Assembly (NCBI GenBank): GCA_030668875.1
Contig: DAOVER010000030.1
Coordinates: 1 to 32,000, forward strand
Source: Candidatus Heimdallarchaeota archaeon
GTDB lineage: Archaea > Asgardarchaeota > Heimdallarchaeia > Heimdallarchaeales > Heimdallarchaeaceae
DNA: 32,000 bases
Reading direction: 5' to 3'
Both the position numbers and the translations under genes were made by a program. Shown one piece after another: positions 1 to 7,490 of this stretch (positions within the stretch are counted from its first letter, which is position 1; each line of letters begins with the position of its first letter). The notes beneath the pieces were generated by a model, which did not search any database, was not told the origin of the DNA, and saw only the letters and a list, made by a program, of their open reading frames with translations.

Positions 1-179
1 TGTCCTACAGGAATATATGTATTATAAAATTCTGTTTGCATATAGTACGAATATGGGGAAAAATCAAAAGTATGTCCTTCACTATCATCTTGTTGTAGTG
101 CATTTGTAGTACTCATATTACTTAATAAAAAAAGTAAAATAGAAAAATTCATATATATAGTAATTCTTTTCAATTTCAC
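1..179 (-). CDS. 5' part of a secreted protein, running off the window start (absent from ORF track)
   Basis: GTG at 179 preceded by GGAG; open frame MKLKRITIYMNFSILLFLLSNMSTTNALQQDDSEGHTFDFSPYSYYMQTEFYNTYIPVG to window edge; basic N-terminus plus hydrophobic stretch resembles a signal peptide. Confidence 0.6.
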   Translation of the reverse strand, partial: MKLKRITIYMNFSILLFLLSNMSTTNALQQDDSEGHTFDFSPYSYYMQTEFYNTYIPVG

Positions 180-282
180 TTTACTCCAACTTCCACTTTC
201 TTACACAATTGTTAACTTAACAAAGATATTTTACTATTTAAAGATTATTAACAAAATTCCAGCGTGTTCTGTTCTATGTTGA

Positions 283-621
283 ATTTCTTCCTTCAACCAA
301 GTCTCTAATCTAGCTCAAGTTTTTATCTCTTATATCTCACAAGCTTATGATGGAGCAGACACACAGTCACATAACACTTTTTGGGACATAGCAAGTCTGG
401 AAGGTAATTACTGGTCAGAAGGTTATGATGTAAGTATTGGTTACATCATCGATAACTTTGATGGTGCTAGGCATGATGGATACCCACTAGATGAGCCTGC
501 TGAAGCACCCGTAATCAGTGAGTTCATAGGAAAGAATTTCTCTATTGTTTTGGTAATTCCGATATTTCTTGTAATACATTTACTTAGGAAGAAAAGAAAG
601 AATCTAAGACTGAAAAAATAG
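283..621 (+). pseudogene. 3'-end remnant of a NosD/parallel beta-helix surface protein with C-terminal TM anchor
   Basis: Start-less frame after TGA at 280-282: QAYDGADTQSHNTFWDIASLEGNYWSEG...DGYPLDEPAEAPVISEF-TM-RKKRK*, aligning with the C-terminus of 12408..14399 (QAYDDG..EGNYWSD..DPYPLNEP..IIGEF-TM-RRK). Confidence 0.75.
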
Positions 622-624
622 ACT

Positions 625-649
625 CCCTTTTCTTTTTTTTATTTTTTTC
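625..649 (+). terminator. Archaeal T-tract terminator of the NosD-like remnant
   Basis: CCCTTTTTCTTTTTTTTATTTTTTT immediately after the TAG at 619-621. Confidence 0.55.
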
Positions 650-658
650 ATTTTATAC

Positions 659-793
659 TCACTCAAACATCAGGATTACAAAACCATGAGTCTTGTTGTA
701 GACTCTGCTAATCAAGCTACTGTAGGATTATATGAGAAACATAATTCTGTTAAAGGATGGAAACGAGTAACTCATGTTTGGAAGAAAGACTAA
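659..793 (+). pseudogene. 3'-end remnant of a GNAT acetyltransferase (paralogue of 5024..5158)
   Basis: SLKHQDYKTMSLVVDSANQATVGLYEKHNSVKGWKRVTHVWKKD* vs TLKKQGYKTMSLVVDSANEAALRLYEKHHFVKGWKRITHAWKKV*; 686-793 vs 5051-5158 = 90/108 nt identical, no indels. Confidence 0.85.
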
Positions 794-852
794 ATGGATG
801 AAAAAATCTTGAGTTCACCTTTACTTCCGAGGAATACTTAATAGTTATATAC

Positions 853-1815
853 TCAGGTTCTTTTTCTCCGTTTCAACACGATAACAGTAACTTGTAGTAT
901 AGCTAAACCTGCTACGATTGCCACAAAGCTGAAATCTGTTTCTAAGGCAGCAAGTCCTCCTCTAACGATAGCAAAGTTGTGTACATTAGTTGTTGTGATG
1001 TTATCTAATGTTATGATAGACTCTTTGCTAAATGTACCTTTCTCCAACGTTCCACCATTACTATATTCTAGAGTTGCACTTAGAACATACTTATCATAAG
1101 AGAAGTATTCCCAAGTTTGATCTTCAAAGTCATAATTTGTATCTAGAATGTAATCTGTTAAATCAAATTCAAAAGACCATTTAGTAGTTGTACTTTTAAA
1201 TGCTTCTTGAGCGTCTGAAATGTTAGATTCTCCCATTATTTCATATGATGTAATCGACTCTAGAAAATCGTTAAATTCAATGTCAACTATCTCGTATCCA
1301 GTGTTTATTGATGTAATGATTCTTGATTGGTCGACTGATTCCACGAAATATTTGTTGAAGTTTACCCAGTCTGGTTCTAAAAAGGGGATGATGCTATAGA
1401 GATTGATGCTAAATGATGTTAAGATATGTCTGTTGAAATTGTAATCCCAATAATAGTTAAAAGAAAAGATATCTTCTGCATATTCTTGTCCATTTTCTAT
1501 TGCATCATAGTTCAAAGTAATATCCATAGCCAAACCTAAAGAGTATTGAAACTTTGTCTCAGCCTCTTTGTTTTCCGCATCAATAGTCTGAATAGTCATT
1601 TTTATCTCACTTTCCGCTGCAATTGTAGTAGTTCCTTCTAATGTTTCATTCACCCATTCTGTACTACTCTGAAGTGTCTCTCTTACTCCAAACACTATAG
1701 ATTCACCTACCATCCAATCTGTTTCACCCACTGCGATGGCTGAATTAGCACTCATACCTGCAATAAAAAATACAAAAAAGCAAATATTCACAAATAAACT
1801 AAGCTTATTCTTCAT
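853..1815 (-). CDS. Secreted, C-terminally anchored surface protein of unknown function (possibly choice-of-anchor S-like)
   Basis: Likely start MKNKLSLF at 1815; signal peptide; acidic Thr-rich body; TM FSFVAIVAGLAILQVTVIVL plus KRRKRT; paralogue at 31711..32000. Family label is from recall only. Confidence 0.8.
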   Translation of the reverse strand: MKNKLSLFVNICFFVFFIAGMSANSAIAVGETDWMVGESIVFGVRETLQSSTEWVNETLEGTTTIAAESEIKMTIQTIDAENKEAETKFQYSLGLAMDITLNYDAIENGQEYAEDIFSFNYYWDYNFNRHILTSFSINLYSIIPFLEPDWVNFNKYFVESVDQSRIITSINTGYEIVDIEFNDFLESITSYEIMGESNISDAQEAFKSTTTKWSFEFDLTDYILDTNYDFEDQTWEYFSYDKYVLSATLEYSNGGTLEKGTFSKESIITLDNITTTNVHNFAIVRGGLAALETDFSFVAIVAGLAILQVTVIVLKRRKRT

Positions 1816-1949
1816 AATTCCAAATCCCTGATAATTGTTTATCTTAGGAACATTGGTAATAATCACTTTTAAAGGTTAATATTCAAATTGATAAAATATA
1901 TTACGAAACTACTAATCTTAATAAATGTTCATGTCTTTAATTTCTTATA

Positions 1950-3035
1950 ATGTCACAAAAAAATCTAATTAGTGTTGCCTTCCTTCTAATCACGGGTATT
2001 TTCATACTTCAGCCACTAGCTTCCTATAGTGTGGCAGAAAATACTTTTGATACTCATATCTCCTCTTCATGTACGATTTTTACCGCTACTATTGGGGATA
2101 CTGTTTTTTTTGGTAACAATGAGGATTACAAATACAACAGTGCTTACCGTTGGTACATCCCTGCTCAGAACGTTTCTACACAATATTTTGGTGTTAAGGA
2201 AATTTATGGTGCTGTCTTCTTTGGTTTTGATAATAATAATGATTCCAATGTAGATGGGCGGTCACAAGGAGGGATGAACGAATATGGTTTATGTTATGAT
2301 GGCAATGGTCTCCCTGATGTTCCATTAAATCTTGATCCACTTGCTTCGTATCCCTATACTCCCAATGCTCTTGCTCAAGTTTTATGGGATTGTAAAACTG
2401 TTGAAGAAGTTATCGCTTGGTACCAAGGTCATAAATGGAGTGGCTCTTTTGGAGGACAAATTCATTATGCGGATAGTACTGGTGATGCAGTCGTAGTCGG
2501 TGTTAATGCAACCGGGCAGTGGATTTTTGCTAGAATTGATTCTACTTATCTTGTTTCTACGAATTTTAGTTTAGATAATGTTACACATGGTCATTATCCT
2601 TGCTGGAGATATGATAAGGCTACAGAGATGTTCGGAGATATAACCGCTGAAGAGGATCTTACTGTTTCAGCTTGTTCTGATATACTTTATCAAGTCCATC
2701 AAGAGGGAACGTATGCTACTAAGTATAGTAACATCTGTGATCCAGTTAATCTAGAATTTTATTTCAACTGTGGAGAAAACTTCACAGAGAGTGAAAAATT
2801 CAATCTTCTAAACAAACTTTCTGAAACAGAATCTTTTAAGGAAAAAGAAAGTTTCTTTGGAGTAACAGGTACAGATGGAGGAGTTTTAGTAAGAACAGAG
2901 CAGATAGATATTCAATTTGAAACCTATCCAGAAACATCAGAAACAAATGGATTGACTCTTCTAATTAGTGCACTAAGTTTTTCCCTAATTGCTCTAATAT
3001 ATGATATAGTAAGAAAAAAGAAAAAAAGAGTTTAG
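1950..3035 (+). CDS. Surface-anchored Ntn-hydrolase (peptidase C45 / choloylglycine hydrolase-like)
   Basis: Signal peptide, then SSS|CTIF..FFGNNED (N-terminal Cys nucleophile motif), GGMNEYGL, QIHYAD..GDAVVV, TNF, RY; C-terminal TM plus RKKKKRV. Confidence 0.85.
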   Translation: MSQKNLISVAFLLITGIFILQPLASYSVAENTFDTHISSSCTIFTATIGDTVFFGNNEDYKYNSAYRWYIPAQNVSTQYFGVKEIYGAVFFGFDNNNDSNVDGRSQGGMNEYGLCYDGNGLPDVPLNLDPLASYPYTPNALAQVLWDCKTVEEVIAWYQGHKWSGSFGGQIHYADSTGDAVVVGVNATGQWIFARIDSTYLVSTNFSLDNVTHGHYPCWRYDKATEMFGDITAEEDLTVSACSDILYQVHQEGTYATKYSNICDPVNLEFYFNCGENFTESEKFNLLNKLSETESFKEKESFFGVTGTDGGVLVRTEQIDIQFETYPETSETNGLTLLISALSFSLIALIYDIVRKKKKRV

Positions 3036-3040
3036 AATAA

Positions 3041-3068
3041 TTTTTCTTTTTTTTAGTTTTCGTTTTTG
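3041..3068 (+). terminator. T-tract terminator after the Ntn-hydrolase
   Basis: TTTTTCTTTTTTTTAGTTTTCGTTTTTG directly after the stop. Confidence 0.45.
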
Positions 3069-3117
3069 TGTTTAAATGAAGCTAATCTTTAAATGCAGTT
3101 TTTTATTTGAATTATGT

Positions 3118-4053
3118 ATGAAAATAGGTTTACAGGTTCCAAATTTTACCTTCTTGGGAGGAAAGGAAACCTTTGGTCAAGATATTAAGGATATCGCTTC
3201 TCAAGCTGATAAAGCTGGCTTTTATAGTCTATGGGTTATGGATCATTTCTTTCAAATTGGTAGTGAAGGAAGCATTCTTCTAGGTCCTGCTGAAGACGAT
3301 ATGTATGATGGTTATTCTATTCTTAATTATCTTTCAGCTTTAACCAAGAATGTTAAACTTGGTACACTTGTTTCTGGCAATATTTTTCATCATCCTGGTA
3401 TGCTAATTAAAGCTGTTACTACTCTAGATGTTCTCTCTAAAGGTCGAGCTTATCTCGGAATTGGTGCAGGTTGGTTTGAAAGAGAATCTGTTGGTTATGG
3501 TATACCTTTCTATGATTGGACTACTCGTTTTGAGATGTTAGAGGAGACTTTACAGATAGCTAAACTTATGTGGTCAGAGAACAATGGTGAGGAATTCAAA
3601 GGAAAACATTATCATCTTATGGAAACTATGTGTCATCCTCAACCTATTCAGAACCATCCACCCATCTTGATAGGGGGAATGGGTCCTAAAAAGACTCTTC
3701 GATTAGTTGCAAAGTACGCTGATTCTGCTAACTTATTCTTTGGTCGTGGAACTGATAAAGTAGAAAATGCTCTCAAAATACTTAGGGAACACTGTGAAAC
3801 TGAAAACAGACCTTTTGATGATATTGAGATAACTGCTTTAGGTAGTGTTTTTCTAGACCAACCAGACTGTCCTGATGTTAATCCATATGGTGGAAAAAGC
3901 TTCAAAACTGCTAATGATATTATTGCTGTTACAAAAGAACTAGCTGAGATGGGTGTAGACCATGTTATTTTCAATATGAGAAACCCACTTTCAGACCAAG
4001 AACCTCTCAAGATATTCGAAGAAGCAATCATCCCTGCAGTTTCAGAATTTTGA
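3118..4053 (+). CDS. LLM-class (luciferase-like) probable F420-dependent oxidoreductase, Rv1855c-like
   Basis: MKIGLQVPNF, GFYSLWVMDHFFQI, VKLGTLVSG..HHPGML.K...LDVLSKGRAYLGIGAGW, PPILIGGMG.KKTLRLVAKYAD; start moved to ATG 3118. Confidence 0.9.
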   Translation: MKIGLQVPNFTFLGGKETFGQDIKDIASQADKAGFYSLWVMDHFFQIGSEGSILLGPAEDDMYDGYSILNYLSALTKNVKLGTLVSGNIFHHPGMLIKAVTTLDVLSKGRAYLGIGAGWFERESVGYGIPFYDWTTRFEMLEETLQIAKLMWSENNGEEFKGKHYHLMETMCHPQPIQNHPPILIGGMGPKKTLRLVAKYADSANLFFGRGTDKVENALKILREHCETENRPFDDIEITALGSVFLDQPDCPDVNPYGGKSFKTANDIIAVTKELAEMGVDHVIFNMRNPLSDQEPLKIFEEAIIPAVSEF

Positions 4054-4182
4054 TGGACTTATTTCTATTCTGAGCTCCTGAATCTGGAATTCGAATGAAA
4101 AGATTTTATATCTTTGATTTAGTTCATAGTATTGCATTTGTTGCCGTAATAATTTTACATAGAAGAGTTGGTGATAATTAAA

Positions 4183-5158
4183 ATGAAAAATATGAAAATT
4201 CAAACTCAAGTGTTGAATGATCAATTAGATGTACTAGAACTAGCAACATTAACAATTGACCTTTGGAAAATTACTAGACCTGAAATTAACTCTTCTATTG
4301 AAGGAATAGGAAATTGGATTAAGAATCTAGTTTATGATGAAGCTCCTGTAATAGTGAAGGCTTACAATGAAGAAAAATTGGTGGGATGGCTTCTTCTCTT
4401 TGTACATGATTCGAAGAAGTTAGAGATTAATCCATGGGCATTAGGGGGACCCTCATGTCTCACTTGATGAACTCGATAGATCTGAAATAACTCGACTCCT
4501 CCTCACTGAATGCATAGACTTTGCTTTGCAAAATAATCACACAAGAATTGAACTAGCTTACGAGAAGAAGGATAACCTAAAGGAATATCCTGTTGATCCT
4601 TCCATATATTCTCAAGTTAATCTCATGGAGGAAGATGAAATTGTTTTCATGTCTCTTAATCTAGCAGAGCAAGAAATTTCTGAAGTAGAATTTCCAGAAG
4701 GGATAGAAGACATTCTTTTGAAATATGCTGATGATACAGATCATTATTCTTGTTTCTATGAATCTTTCAGTCAAAGTGGAGATAGGAATTTTCTCTCTGA
4801 AACAGATGAAGAAAGAGAAGAATATTTCAAAGAACATTTTGATAAGGAAGATGAGAAGATAGATGAAGCTTCAATAGTACTTGTTAAAGGAACAAAACTC
4901 ATAGGTTTCACACTCGTCAAACCTACCCATGGAGAAGGGAACGGTCATTTGTGGATTATGGGTGTCATTCCTGAATATAGAGGACGCCAACTAGGATCTA
5001 AAATACTATGCCATGCTATTGTTACACTCAAGAAACAGGGATACAAAACTATGAGTCTTGTCGTAGATAGTGCTAATGAAGCTGCTCTAAGGTTATACGA
5101 GAAACACCATTTTGTTAAAGGATGGAAACGAATAACTCATGCTTGGAAGAAAGTTTAG
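4183..5158 (+). pseudogene. Two-domain GNAT N-acetyltransferase split by a frameshift near 4445-4464
   Basis: ORFs 4168..4467 and 4526..5158 join through the +1 frame, open from 4445 (PHVSLDELDRSEITRLLLTECIDFALQNNH); C-terminal motif A IMGVIPEYRGRQLGSKIL and VDSANEAALRLYEK; SD GGTGAT before ATG 4183. Confidence 0.8.
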
Positions 5159-5249
5159 AAAAAGTGAAAAGAACGAGGATCTCCACCCATTTCTTCTTTC
5201 TTTTTAATATGACAATACATATCAATCTGCTAACACTGGTGTAGGAGTT

Positions 5250-5891
5250 TCATCCAAATTCATTTTTATATCTCTTTAGATTTTCCTTGAAAATTGATTG
5301 GTAAAATTCAGCCATTTTTTCTTCCATCATCAAATTTGTTTTTAGAACAGCTAGAATGTTTATTAGTACTACTGTGATTTCTTCCCCATTTTTGGATTTC
5401 CGCACCTTAGCATCGTAAGTATTCCAATATTTATTCAATAATTGAATATTATCAAACATCTTTTGTATCGGTTCAAATCTTGCTTTTGTAATTTGAATCA
5501 AAGAATTTGCAAAAGTTTCATTTTTGTTTATTGATTCTTTTCCTTTCCATTTGAAAATATATTTTCTTGTCCGTTTTCCTTTTACAGGTTGTTTATTTAG
5601 CAGATCCATATCTCCAAGATGTTGAAGCGCTCGACTAATTGTTGAGATTGAGATGTTCCCATTATCTTTGTCGATTTTTTCTTTTAATTCTTGCTGATCA
5701 AAACTACCTTCCTCAAATAGAAGAATTTTCAACAGTTTAGTACTATTTTCTACCCCTTTTTTATCAAAACCAAGCATTATACTAAATATATTTGCAATAG
5801 TTTCTTTTGCAATTCCTATAGCATTGTCCCCTGTTAATATGTTGGTCTTAAATTCACCCTCCATATCATGTTTTTTTTGTTGTTTAGACAT
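5250..5891 (-). CDS. Winged-helix transcription regulator, MarR/GbsR-like
   Basis: FDQQELKEKI..ISISTISRALQHLGDMDLLNKQPVKGKRTRKY wHTH followed by long helices; divergent from an MFS gene; start could be TTG 5900. Confidence 0.75.
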   Translation of the reverse strand: MSKQQKKHDMEGEFKTNILTGDNAIGIAKETIANIFSIMLGFDKKGVENSTKLLKILLFEEGSFDQQELKEKIDKDNGNISISTISRALQHLGDMDLLNKQPVKGKRTRKYIFKWKGKESINKNETFANSLIQITKARFEPIQKMFDNIQLLNKYWNTYDAKVRKSKNGEEITVVLINILAVLKTNLMMEEKMAEFYQSIFKENLKRYKNEFG

Positions 5892-5937
5892 CTTTTCCAA
5901 GACAAATTATATCAACAGCAAATAAACTTTTCGTAAG

Positions 5938-6025
5938 ACTTGCAATTTGCACACCATTTGCAAAACTTTATATGCGCTTCTAACAATTGTCACATAACTT
6001 GCAATTTGCACGTTCTGTGCAAAAC
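5938..6025. promoter_or_regulatory. Twin 29-bp operator repeats flanking a TATA box in the regulator/MFS divergent promoter
   Basis: ACTTGCAATTTGCACACCATTTGCAAAAC (5938-5966) and ACTTGCAATTTGCACGTTCTGTGCAAAAC (5997-6025); the second holds a perfect TTTGCAC-N5-GTGCAAA palindrome; TTTATAT at 5967-5973 lies between them. Confidence 0.75.
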
Positions 6026-6039
6026 AAATACACGTTACG

Positions 6040-7380
6040 ATGATAAAAATGTCAAAAAACGAGAATAATTTACAATCAAAGAATAGCTATAAGCGGTTGA
6101 TGCCTCTGTGGATAGCCATTTTCATGGATGTTTTAGGATATACTTTATTAATCCCCTTATTTCCCACTATAAAGGTACTTTTTAGCGCTACTAACTTTCA
6201 AGTAGCAGCTTTAATGTCAGTTAATGCATTTTTCACTATAATCTTTGGGTTATTACTTGGAAAATTGTCAGATAAATTTGGTAGAAAACCCATACTTCTA
6301 ATTTCACAAATTGGTACTTTAGTTGGATTTGTCGTCTTTGCATTTTCAAATAGCTTAACCATGCTTTACATTTCGAGAATAATTGATGGCTGTTTTGGGG
6401 GTAATTTCCCCGTATGCAAAGCGATAGTTAGTGACTCTGTTCCCTTTAAAGATAGGAGTAAACAAATGGCTAACATAAGTGTTGTTTTTGCTTTATCAAA
6501 TGTTATAGGTCCCGGAATGTGTGGACTGTTATCAACTATTGGTTCAGGTCTTATAGGTCCTGGAATGTTTGGTGTTGTCCTCTCGGCTATATCAATTATA
6601 ATTACTATCTTTCTGATAAAAGAAACATCACCTATTAAAACTGGAAAGTTATTACTAGGTGAAAAAACCATTGAAACGGAAAAAATAGACTTGCTAGTTT
6701 CAAGTGATAGACGTATTTCTAGAAACAAAACCGCGATGATATTACTCACTCAATTTGGATTTCACGCTCTTGCACTGATGATCATCTATTCAAATATGAC
6801 CCTTTTTGGAAATGAAAAACTTGGCTTAACTACTGTCTATTTAGGAATACTACTTTCAATAGCAGGGTTATTTCAAATAGTCTTCAGGTTCACTGTTTTC
6901 CCTCTGCTTCTAAAACATCTGGGAGAAAAGAAATTTTCAACTCTTGGATTAGGGTTGTTCATCATAGATTATGCTTTAATAGGATTTGTTAATAACGAAT
7001 GGCAACTCGTTTTAGCTATTCTTGGACATTCACTTGCTGCAACTGTATCAAGAGGAATACTAATTAGTTTCATTTCTCGCTCTGTAGACCCTCGTGATCA
7101 AGGTAAGATTCAAGGTTTGAGTTCTGGTTTGGATACTCTAGCACAATTATTTGGCCCTTTAATAGGCGGGTTCATAATCTCAAATTGCAGTCTGTATTGG
7201 TATGGTTTAGTACCTGCTATCATAGCGATAATTCCTTTTGCAATGGGTTTTATTCCTTTAAGATTTAAAGGAGAAGAGACGAGATATGAGAAAGAAACAA
7301 CCAAAATTCCTCAATCAGTAATTCCTAATGCTTCAGGATCTCAAGAAAGTACTGTTTCAGCTGAAGGAAGGAGTAAATGA
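6040..7380 (+). CDS. MFS transporter (TetA/DHA1-like drug:H+ antiporter)
   Basis: About 12 TM segments; motif A GKLSDKFGRKPILL; SRIIDGCFGG; DQGKIQG in the second half. Confidence 0.92.
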   Translation: MIKMSKNENNLQSKNSYKRLMPLWIAIFMDVLGYTLLIPLFPTIKVLFSATNFQVAALMSVNAFFTIIFGLLLGKLSDKFGRKPILLISQIGTLVGFVVFAFSNSLTMLYISRIIDGCFGGNFPVCKAIVSDSVPFKDRSKQMANISVVFALSNVIGPGMCGLLSTIGSGLIGPGMFGVVLSAISIIITIFLIKETSPIKTGKLLLGEKTIETEKIDLLVSSDRRISRNKTAMILLTQFGFHALALMIIYSNMTLFGNEKLGLTTVYLGILLSIAGLFQIVFRFTVFPLLLKHLGEKKFSTLGLGLFIIDYALIGFVNNEWQLVLAILGHSLAATVSRGILISFISRSVDPRDQGKIQGLSSGLDTLAQLFGPLIGGFIISNCSLYWYGLVPAIIAIIPFAMGFIPLRFKGEETRYEKETTKIPQSVIPNASGSQESTVSAEGRSK

Positions 7381-7490
7381 GGTAGGAAGTTAAGCTTACA
7401 CAATAGTCTGTTTAACCTACTTCTCCTCCCATTATTTGTATCCTAAAAATCTAAAAATAGACGAAAGAGAAAAAAATTGATTTTTCTCCT

